From the NCBI RefSeq assembly GCF_964204645.1, contig NC_134025.1, positions 28,624,299 through 28,688,298 on the forward strand: 64,000 nucleotides of DNA, in the 5' to 3' direction. Each line of letters starts with the position of its first letter. Position 1 is the first letter of the stretch. Shown here one piece after another: positions 30,029 to 40,016 of this stretch. A program made the position numbers and the translations under genes. Origin of the DNA: Tubulanus polymorphus. Taxonomy: Eukaryota > Animalia > Nemertea. The notes under the pieces are model-generated. The model did no database searches, had not been told where the DNA came from, and saw only the letters and a list, made by a program, of their open reading frames with translations.

Positions 30029-31350
30029 ATGCAGATTGATGTGAATCGTGCTGTTTTTATATGGCTTGTATTTTCATCGATTATTTTTGACCGTATTTTA
30101 TATTTTCGCCCGGAACAGATACGTCTTTCATATGGGGGTAAATGATCAGACCACGAATAATAAACTTGATCTTATAATTTAATAATCTCAGAATCTACAA
30201 ATTATTTATTCACTGGTTTTGTAAATCAAATTTATTGTTAGTGAATTTTTTGCGATGATTCATTCTCATTGCGAAACCAAGTGAGATGGTCGTAACCTGG
30301 GTTACCGTCCATCCAACGGGGAAAAATGGCGGCAACTTGAATACGGACGTAAAAAACCTTCGACCAGAATCAACGGAAAAGTTACAGGTTTCAAAGATGA
30401 CGGATCTGAGCGCAGGATCCTGTACTCAGGGCTGTTATGACCGGCTATGAAATCGGGATCTGGCTAGAGTCGGATGTTCGTTGTTTATGGTGATCTCGAC
30501 AGTAAGAATGCCGTCTCTATCCTATTTACGAGAGGAAACTCGACGAAGGCATGTCGATTCGATCTTACACGTTAGTAATAATCAACCACCATTTATCACA
30601 ACATGAAATATTAGTTTATGCGGATTCTGAAAATTCCAAAGAATTTTCAAAATATATCTTTCTGTATATATCATTTCAGGAGATATCGCCTACAATATGG
30701 CAACGGTAAAACATAATCACGTCCCGGATGGTTTTTGATAATGTGCTCGCCCACGTCAGATTTTCTTACGTTATAGGATAATGCAAGAATAGGAGATTGG
30801 CTTATGAGACAATCGTTTGTGTTGGTAATCACGAGGACGCGTAGTAAGTCCATATGCAAAAATGTCGGAGCCATGTTTCTCTTCTGACATATGGTTCGCA
30901 AACCCTACAGATAGGCCTAGCTATTTCACCAATTTTACAAGTGTTACCATTAAAAAGAGGAAAAATCGCCATGTTTTACTCTCTCTTCCTAAACGTGCTT
31001 GCCTTTTATAACAGGGCTGCCAAGAGGGAATGAGTAAGAAATTTAGTAAAGGTATACCATATCCTTATAGCGCTTTCAGATCATCTGATCACCTGCATAT
31101 ACGCGAATGCAGATATTCAATTCGACATCTTTCCTCGCAGCAACTCTCAGTTGTTCAGGTAAAAAAAAAAGAATCAGAAAAGAGTCATCTTAATGCGTCA
31201 GTATACGATTTTTTACATGGGTAAATCAACTTTCGATTTCATACGAATCATCACGATCTGAATTGATAGTTTGTTCTCCATTTTCTTTAGGCTGACAAGG
31301 TAATAGACGAGATAATGTATATACACGAGAAACACGGGGCAGGTCTGTAA
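30029..31350 (+). pseudogene. ACP7: Unprocessed purple acid phosphatase (ACP7/PAP-like) pseudogene
   Basis: Colinear ACP7 motifs in remnant exons: hydrophobic leader then RPEQIRLSYG (30029-30137); KPSEMVVTWVT; LEYG...FKDDGSERRILY; AMKSGSG*SRMFVVYGDLDSKNAVSI; EETRRRHVDSILHV; GDIAYNMAT; DNARIGDWLMRQ..VCVGNHEDAY; GCQEG..PYSAFRSSD..YTRMQIFNST..QQLSVVQ; ADKVIDEIMYIHEKHGAGL*. Lesions: exon-2 acceptor AG>TG, in-frame TAG, several frameshifts, and loss of the central exons. Confidence 0.88.
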
Positions 31351-31540
31351 TAGATGAATACAATGACTGATTCTAAAACATCGACCCGATATGAGGTAGT
31401 ATTGAACAATGAAGCTGATTTTTGTGCAAAATATATGAAATATCTATAATTTCTATGTATACGTATTTTTATGATTTAATATTACTCTATATATTCCAAG
31501 AATTATATAACAAATATTCTTTTGGAGACATGTCATTGTT

Positions 31541-32761
31541 CTAATCCTCTGATTCGGTTTCGTCTTTATTTTCTTTAGCTTGTTTGAATTTTTCCTTCAC
31601 CATGTTTAAACCCGGTTCGTTGCATTCATTCCAATAAGGCAACGACTTCATTCGTTTCATGTAAGCTACGATATTACCCCAATGAGACAAGTCGTAGTCC
31701 AATGGCTCTAAACTCGAGATCGATGCTGCTATGTGAAGATCAGCAATAGTCATATGTGCTCCGGTCGTGTATGCCTTCCCTTCCAGATATTTATCAAACG
31801 AATTGAATGATTCTTCCAGCGCTTTTTTCGCCTCGTCACTAGGCTCGGAACCTTCACTAAAAAACGATTTCTGAAAAAATACATCGAGAATATTGTGGAA
31901 ATTCGCGTTTGAAATTTATTTTACACATATATAGTTGATATGGAACTATATGAAATGAAAATATTGAATAAAACATCGTTATTCATGAAATTATGTCAGC
32001 CGCTGTACGATTGCTGTACGAACCTGTCACTCTTCTAAGAATTGACCTTACCCGACTGTGTGTACGTTATAAACCCACCCACCGCCCCCCGTCTACCACA
32101 CACTAAAGGACATCATAGCATTAAAGATTTCTAAAGATCTAAACTATGTGCCGGCGTTTGAACGGCGTTTATATCCAAAGCAACTTACCAAATAAGGTAT
32201 AATTTTACCAAATATTTGTTCCATATCGTAGAACAGGAGCCTGTTAACTAATCCACGTTTTTGGGGATCCGCTGGATACAGTGTATCATTGATACTGTAC
32301 CTATCTGCTAGATACATATTCACAGCCCGACTGAAATACGTGCGATGCAAATTAATTTTTCACAGTCCGAAGACATATACAATTCGAATTTCAAAAATTA
32401 CGTGTGTAAATTCGTACCTTTCCCATAAATGGTAACCATTATCATCGATTGTAGGTAAAGTATGATCTGGATTTACCTGTGGGAAAATACGTGCATATAC
32501 ATTTTACAGAATTGGAGATGGCGATTTAAACTATCTGGAACTTATCAGTTGTAATGAAGTACCCCCCCCCCCCCCCATTATTTCATTTTATAGGTTTATA
32601 GGTTTAACAATTACCTTCAAAAATTCCGGATGAAACTGTTCCTCAGAAAATAAATCAACTGGTAAAAGTTTTATCTGTAATTTAAGTTCCTTGATTGTAA
32701 GTAGCACAGCACGACTCGGTGGTCCAGCAGGCTCAAAATACACAAATATCGGATCCTTCAT
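31541..32761 (-). CDS. Cytosolic glutathione S-transferase, theta/delta-epsilon-like, 225 aa, 4 exons
   Basis: Exons 32615-32761, 32418-32476, 32189-32330, 31541-31870, all GT-AG and in frame (678 nt). Motifs: [63 protein letters not shown]. Confidence 0.96.
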
Positions 32762-33088
32762 TTTGTTCCCTTATATAGTTGCCACTGGTATCATACCTAT
32801 ATAACAGCGGTGTATTTCGGTTTGACGACCGGTTTTTCTATCACGCTCATAGTTTAATGTCAAACAACACAGTATTTATCGAGCCCTCACGGTGTTTAAA
32901 GGAAATTCGACAAAACAATATTCTCTTTAGAAAAAAAACACTCAATAGAATATTCATGCCCTCACGCGACGTGGCCACTGAAATATATCTCTCGAATACA
33001 TCCTCAAGAATATCTACGTAAGGCATTAACTAGAAAACATGAAATATTATCAGAATTGTCAACAAATAAACCAAGAAAAATGCGATAT

Positions 33089-33177
33089 ATGCCAAATGCA
33101 ATGCCATGCCGGTTTTAGCAGACCCACATATCAGAATTTCTCAGGCTAAATCTGGTATGGCATTTGGTATTTGGTAT
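33089..33177 (+). repeat. Imperfect ~31-bp inverted repeat (stem-loop)
   Basis: ATGCCAAATGCAATGCCATGCCGGTTTTAGC pairs with GCTAAATCTGGTATGGCATTTGGTATTTGGTAT around a 25-nt loop; four G-U pairs on the plus strand. Confidence 0.7.
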
Positions 33178-33620
33178 TTGGCACAGCATTATTCTCTCTA
33201 TAGTAACCTTCTCTGATATTGTCTGTACAGTCTTTGACCTAATATATAATGTCTTTTTCTGCTTTGCTTGAGGGGACGTTGGGTGCCCTGGCTCAGTCGA
33301 TTTTGGTGGGGTCCTCTCGGGTCGGGTTGAAATAGACATTGAAACGTATATTCTCTTTATCTTCATGTAAAATATTACAGTAGAACTCGCTTACGTAGTT
33401 ATAGATTTTTTAAAGTCCGGATTTACACCGATTCGGGTTAAATTTTTAGGTCCATTTGGCCCGGAGCCGTGTGAGCTGTTGTAAGTGGTTCGGATTTTAC
33501 GAGGTCACTGAGCAGTCCACACTGGTCATCCGAGTGTTGAGTGAGTTCTATTGTTCTAGTGTACGTTGTGTTCGTAGCACTGTTATGCAGTTTACTTGTT
33601 TGTATGTATTTGAACCTGTT

Positions 33621-33995
33621 CAAGACAACATGGAATTTTATAAACTGTTAGCGATAAAGTGAAACAAATGGGGAATCCCCTCATACTGGGAACTGGCGGC
33701 CGTACAGTAGGCCTACACAGCGCCATCGATTGACTGCACGTTGTTGAATCCAGACAGAGGAACCGTACGTAAGTCATTCCTCGAATGTCGTCTGAGGTCT
33801 TCCATACAAGACAACACGGAACTTTATATACTGTTAGTGATAAAGTGAAACAAATGGGGAATCCCCTCATACTGGGAACTGGCGGCATGAAGCCGCCACT
33901 AGTGCTGTACAGTAGGCCTACACAGCGCGCACAGCGCCATTGATTGACTGTACGTTATTGAATCCAGACAGAGGAACCGTACGTAAGTCATTCCT
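33621..33995. repeat. Tandem direct duplication (33621-33781 and 33807-33995)
   Basis: Two near-identical copies from CAAGACAAC to GTAAGTCATTCCT; copy 2 has an extra ~19 nt carrying a hairpin plus CTAG. Confidence 0.93.
33880..33902 (+). mobile_element. Helitron-like 3' terminus (GC-rich hairpin followed by CTAG)
   Basis: TGGCGGC-ATGAA-GCCGCCA immediately followed by CTAG and then T, matching the hairpin+CTRR|T rolling-circle end signature; the 5' end was not located. Confidence 0.55.
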
Positions 33996-34174
33996 TTCCT
34001 GTTTGATTTAGTTTGTCTCTAAGACTCCATTTCGCAATATGCTGCCGCTGCCGTTCATTCTACCGAGAAGGCGTACATTATTGTATCGTGTGTTTGTATC
34101 TCTTAAAATCACAGGGGCTCGTATCACAAGCTTGGGGATGAACTGTAGCTTAGATCATCCAGTATCCCTGGTAC

Positions 34175-34256
34175 TATATATATATATATATATGTATATA
34201 TATACACACACACACGCACACGCACGCGCACGCGCACGCGCGCACGCACGCACACG

Positions 34257-34296
<40 letters not shown>

Positions 34297-34298
34297 CA
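34175..34298. repeat. Compound (TA)n-(CA/CG)n-(CA)n microsatellite
   Basis: About 124 bp of alternating purine-pyrimidine sequence. Confidence 0.97.
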
Positions 34299-34299
34299 T

Positions 34300-34700
34300 C
34301 CCCGCCAAAACGAAGTTTCATTTTGACGCCCCCGACAGCACGAACTTTCGTTTTGGCGCCGCCACCAAAACAACGAAAAACGTCCAATTTTCTCTGAAAG
34401 TTCGTTTTGGCGCGCCAAAACAAAGAAAATATAAACGAACTTTCATTTTGGCGCCCCACCAAAACTAGCATTCAACCACTGAAATTATTTTTCAATTTGG
34501 CGCGTTGATCCTGTGTGTAATTTGCATTCATTTGCATATATAGAATTATTTTACGTGGTTGAAAGTATTTTGGCGGGGGCGACAAAATGAAAGTTCGTTT
34601 TGGCGGGGGCGCCAAAACGGAATATTCTTTGTTTTGGTGCGCAAGAACGGACTTTCGGAGAAAATTTGACGTTTTTTTCGTTTTGGCGTTCTGGCGCCCT
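34300..34700. mobile_element. Foldback/MITE-like element with long imperfect inverted arms and modular internal repeats
   Basis: 34362-34490 approximates the reverse complement of 34544-34688; the arms are built from GCCAAAACGAACTTTCATTTTGGCGCCCC modules; the spacer has two ATTTGCAT octamers. Confidence 0.75.
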
Positions 34701-34925
34701 CATTTACATACCAAGAATTTTACGCTATGTCCCTTATCAGCCACCATAGGAAAGAGTTTTTCGCCAGGTTTTTTACATAGAATTAGATCGTGCTAAAATC
34801 TAGTCAACTCTTACACTCGAGAATTAGCGAATACTTCAGTTAGTCCAGTACGGTAGTGTACCCGTCGTTCCACGAATTCAGACTAATACCGCATTGTACT
34901 CGTTTTTACAGCCATTTTCCGTAAG

Positions 34926-35464
34926 ATGTCTCACGAACTCCTGATACCAGGCTGTAACACTGTGTGGTTGACTAGAAATAGTGGCTGCCCTGCAGTTAAT
35001 GCTGTCGCATTAGGATTCCAGCCTAACGCGGGCCCGCTGTATTCAGCTGTAGCCGATACACCCGTGGGTAGAATCCCCGGTAAAGCAAAAGATAATACGT
35101 GTTGGTATTCGTTGAACGGAAGAGAGGAATGTACCGATCAATTTTGGTGGGTTTGCAGTCCCAGTAAAGTTAGTTCATATGTAAGTATGAAATAATAGAA
35201 TTACATTGTAATGAATTCACAGCATGATTTTGTATGGAAAAAGTCATAAAACAGTCATATATTTCACAGCGTGGAAATTTCCCGAAGAACCCAATTACTG
35301 GCGGTTACCAACACGATGGAACTGGTATCTACTACCTGGTTGTAGCGGACACACCTTACGGTACAATACCCGGTAAAATTCGTCCTGGAAGTAATCAGTG
35401 CAGTTACGCGTACGGAGGTAGAGAGGAAACTTCTTCGCAATTTTCATACGTCGTTTTGAAATAA
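34926..35464 (+). CDS. DM9/DUF3421-repeat protein (two repeats, putative lectin), 149 aa, 2 coding exons
   Basis: Exons 34926-35180 (GTAAGT) and 35270-35464 (ttcacag), phase 0. The repeats NAVALGFQ..GPLYSAVADTPVGRIPGKA..CWYSLNGREE..FWWV and NPITGGYQ..GIYYLVVADTPYGTIPGKI..CSYAYGGREE..FSYV fit the DM9 pattern. No signal peptide. Confidence 0.85.
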
Positions 35465-36070
35465 AGAGAGCCATTTATTCCGCTTACGATGTATGTAAAT
35501 CAATACAAGCCCTTCCATATATACCACAAGGCAGTGTTGATAAATCATATATGATGTATAAAATAAGAATCTTGTTCTAAAATGTTTTAAAATGCTAACT
35601 CTTTTTTTGTCTAGAAGTATTAGGAATACCAGTCCGTTCCAGTCCGGAATACCAGTTTTTATTTGTTAATTGCCCAGAAAATAACATGTCGTTTAGTATT
35701 TTTGTATTCAGATCATAATCAAGATTTATATTACAATTTAGTTATTGTGAAATTTATATTACAACTTAGTAATTGTGAAATAAAACATACTATTGATTAT
35801 CGTCTATGAATTACTGATGTTGTTGTTTATTCTATTACCACAATATGTGTACCTCATTTTACACTTCTATCTGTTTTCATTAGTATGGCTCATTAAATAA
35901 TGTCTGTTTTGAAAGACGAATACAAATTATTTTTCTGCTTAATTCTTTCGGTGCAGAAAAATGGCTACCGGGTAGAAATAATGAATTTCTAGAAATAATT
36001 TCATAGAAATAATTATGTTTCTGGTAGCCACAAAAAGATAGTATGATTGTGGTACTTTGCTGCGTATGAA

Positions 36071-37030
36071 ATGGCCTCGTGATTTCTATCGTTTCAAGAA
36101 AGGATTCTGCGCTGGTTTATGTAACTCTGCAGCCAAAGATCAATGTCGTTGTTCGTGTCAGTTTTACCGCAGGGTTACATATTTGATCATTCGGACGCGG
36201 ATTATTACCAGACGAATGGTACTTTGTTTAATCAGCCGCGAGGACTTGTGGCCATTTAGCTTCACGAGACTACAGTAAATGTAAAACCACACACAGATTT
36301 GTAGCGGTTCGTAAAACAATGCTTCGGGGCCGACATACTACCTCTTTATAAATTGGGAAAACTTACAGAACCTGAAATAAAGATACCGCTAGATGATCCG
36401 CTGCTGGATTTCAGCGTGGGTTCTGAAATGAAACTATGACATCGACACACCCATCACCTTGAAACTCCTTTAGTTGAGCCCGTTGTTCCGGGTACCAATG
36501 ACATAAGTCGGGTTACAGGGTGCCGTATACCACAGATGGGCATCAACTTCAGTCAGACATTTAAACACCTGAGCTCTCTTAACAAGTTCAACAGATCTGG
36601 CTCAAGTCTTATTTCCCCTTACATAGTTTTTTGGTGGAGCGATGAACTTTCATTTAATGAAATTCGAACCACGCTCAAAACCGTCGAACGGAAGGACATC
36701 CTAGCCGATCTACTGAAAGGTAGCTTTTACAGCGGCCAGCCCAGCAGTTAGAAGACGAGCAGAGATACATTGTCTGTCAGAGGAGCGATCATATCGATGA
36801 TCATGCGGGGATTGATGAGACATTTGGGGCTATTTGTGGAATCCAATCTCGCTAATTCAATCGGCACTATACTGAGGAAACATCAGGAAATGTATTTTGC
36901 CATATTACCTGATAACATTGTTAGTCTAGTTGCCGAACCACATAGGAACCGAATTCAGTGTCCGTACCGTCTTGGCGAGACCCATTTTAACTTCTCTCTC
37001 AAACGGCATGCGAGTTCGGATTCTTTCTAG
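36071..37030 (+). pseudogene. Intronless degraded ORF of ~320 codons, origin unknown (possible endogenous viral element or retrocopy)
   Basis: A single frame from ATG 36071 to TAG 37030 with only 6 internal stops and no frameshift needed; visibly less AT-rich than its flanks; includes track ORFs 36536-36751 and 36770-37030. Confidence 0.55.
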
Positions 37031-39575
37031 TTGTTAGCATTACGTATACTATTTCTAGTAATTTACGAGTTGATTCTAAAGAATGGTCTCAAAGAATGCT
37101 ATAAATATTTCGCTATTTGTTCGCGTTTATTCGGAATTTTTCGGATTTCAGGCCACCACACGTAGTATACAGTACTCTATAAGATATATTCCATGCGTAA
37201 TACGTAGCACCTCTAGAGTACTAATCTCAAGTCTTCTTATGGCGATATCGGTGGATTTTTGACGGGATGTAATTTACGGCGCCGTCGCTAACAACCGACC
37301 AGAGGACACACACGTATTTTTACACTGGTTGCCGCTGAGCGTGGACGACACGTTTAGTGTTAACTGAACGCTGTGGGCGTTATGAGATTAGCCCGGAATC
37401 AATCAATCTTTGTTTATATCCATCTGTATCAATCTGTACCTTAATTAATTGATTGGGCCCGCTAAATGCTCGCCAATCCATTCATTATATACTGGCATAT
37501 TGCTGCTGACCATATGTTATATTGCAGTTGTTAATACTTGTCTATTTCCATCATGATTTTCATTTCATTAGGCATTCTGTAAGAATGGGTAGTATAAGTT
37601 TAGGTCTCTACAAGAAGTAACCATGGCTGAGAGCAGGGAGATAACTGGAGATAAGTAAAATTAAAAAGGACTTATGTGAGTAGTGCCATGATGATCGGGA
37701 CTGCATGGTCATCTGTATCCCAAACACATACTGCGAACAATACACAACTGCTCATAGAATCGGGCCTTCTCTTAAGATAGTTAGGAGATTTTGAAATGAA
37801 TATTTCATTGTACGTACGCGAATACATTATTGATTTTCAAGTTTACTTAAAGATAATAAGGAAGAGAATTATACTTCAATTACCAAATTGAAAATGATAT
37901 TCAAAAAGATTTCGATGAATCACTGGATTCAGTGCATTGATCCAGCGCTAACTAAACATTACGTTGAGTGAATTTGAGCTATGCTTCTTGAGTAAATATC
38001 TACAGCAGAACCGAAACTTACACCGATCAGTACCGGGGGCAATCGCGTGTTTTCGTAGGGATTTTTAGGAATGGTGGTTTTTGCGTCGTCGTAAAATGAC
38101 TATTTACTCTGCGTAGATACCCATGAGGAATTGATGACGGTTTGTAACAACAACATCATACGATGCCTTCAGGTTTCAAATAGCTGAATGAAAACAAAAG
38201 ATTAACAACTACAGACGAAGACATCATTCTTATATTATTGCTAAAGTTCTCTAATGTATACTCTCAGAATTGCAGGCATGCGCAGATTACACGAATTACA
38301 CTGTTTACTAAAGCATTTAGAATGAATTGATTGAATATGAAGCTTTGCTGTTATCAAAAGAACCTTACATGGTATACATAATATTGAGATGCTATCCTCG
38401 CAGGATGTGAATATATATTTTTGCAACAAAACGACCCGAAGACATATTTTGGTGAAAAGGCCAAGCGCCCTAGCTGCTTGACGTTTATTATATATATGGC
38501 CTAATTAATTAGGTAATACGGCAGTGGGCTAAAACAATGATAACGTGTTGTCTATAATCTGTGAAAAACTATAAAATTATATGATACGTATCTGATACAT
38601 GCATTTTATATTTCATAACACAAAGCTATTAAAACGGATAGGAGACCACCTGTTTCACTCGTTTATCGTCAAAGGGAAAGGATTTGAATAATAAAAGCGT
38701 AACCCGTATGATGTTCTTATACAACTTGCTAAGCGATCCACAAACCGCTGAAGTTTCATGAGCGAAGATTGATGATCATTCCAAATTGGGTAAGTTCAAG
38801 CGATCCGATTTATAGGATGTTTCGCTCAGGTAATATGGTCATGATGGTGTCACTGCGCGTCACATTGACCGTCAAGCGTAAGCGGTTAACCGAAGTCAAA
38901 AATGATTACTGTCGGTTTTTTGTGTTAGTCGACTATTTGCGAACTAAAGCTCAACGCAAACGAAACTGCGACACGAAAACAAACATGTTTGGGCTCGAAA
39001 ACTTTGTTCTCGAAAAGCCATGTTTCTCGCTACAGCGGTCGACACGGCGAAACGCTCGTTTCTGTCTCCGTGTTCCGTGTCTCCATATACACCGTGTGCG
39101 TCGGGGTGTAGTGAAATCGAATGTCAGTTATAGCCGAAAATGTAGTCCGAAAATAGCGAACCACGCAACTGAGCACGATTGCAGTAGTTCGGACTTAGTT
39201 CCAAGATGGCCGACTATGAAATTCGTATGACCGAACTATTGCGCGTTCGATTATTAACTGCGACCACTAGTCGAGACTAATTACGAAGTTCGCCCAGTAT
39301 GACGCATATAATCGATAGTCTATTCAAACATTAATTTGAACATAAGTTTCTCTAACGGCGGGTATGACGTAATTCTTTTGCTGAAATGAAGTAAAACAGA
39401 CATCGACTTTAATCAGAATCTTTTAAAGTGCGCGCAATATTAGAACACTGCAACATCAATCCAACACTGTAAGCGTCGTCACTCTGTATCATACAGGTTT
39501 TAATTGCAAGCCAGCTCAGAAATGGTCTCCGACACCCCGGAATAAGCCTAGTACGGAATAATAGCACGCGCCAGT

Positions 39576-40016
39576 TTAGTTTGAAGTCACTTGATTAATT
39601 TTCGAGGCGTATTTCAGTTTGATTTGGTTTTTAGCGTGTCTTCCGCGTGTCTTTTTTGGACGTTTCGGTCTGTGGCGATGATGAACTTTTCTTTCATGTT
39701 TTGAAATCGCCGGGTGATGATCGCGTGACCTTTGGCCTTTAGTCTTTATAAAGTGTAATTTGTCCTCGTAAATCATGCAACCATCGTCCACCTGTGCTCC
39801 TCCGCTAGACCAGCAGCCGTCTTGACACGTTGATAAGTCGTAATGAATCGTCATTTCATCGCAATAAACGCATTTTAAGAGACAATGTTCGATCAAAGAG
39901 CTTTTCATCTGTTGCTCACGTTTACTGATTGCTCCCGTCGAATATGGCAGGTAGAGCAATATATGCGACGATAAAACAGAAATGAAATATTTAAACCACT
40001 GCGGCGACATCTTCAT
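39576..40016 (-). CDS. Eclosion-hormone-like neuropeptide precursor, 146 aa
   Basis: Acceptor tattttcag directly before ATG 40016; hydrophobic signal peptide; KR site; CLLKCVYC-x11-CQDGC-x11-C matches the EH framework C-x3-C-x2-C-x~12-C-x3-C-x~10-C; followed by a His/Lys/Arg-rich tail. Confidence 0.78.
   Translation of the reverse strand: MKMSPQWFKYFISVLSSHILLYLPYSTGAISKREQQMKSSLIEHCLLKCVYCDEMTIHYDLSTCQDGCWSSGGAQVDDGCMIYEDKLHFIKTKGQRSRDHHPAISKHERKVHHRHRPKRPKKTRGRHAKNQIKLKYASKINQVTSN

Noticed and set aside
34039-34471. ORFs with THTH/CVCV/ARAR runs
   Set aside because: These are translations of the microsatellite and the foldback element.
38769-39305. 153-aa ORF or a defined MITE
   Set aside because: No protein motif; the CpG-rich segment may be TE-derived, but I could not define convincing TIRs or a TSD.
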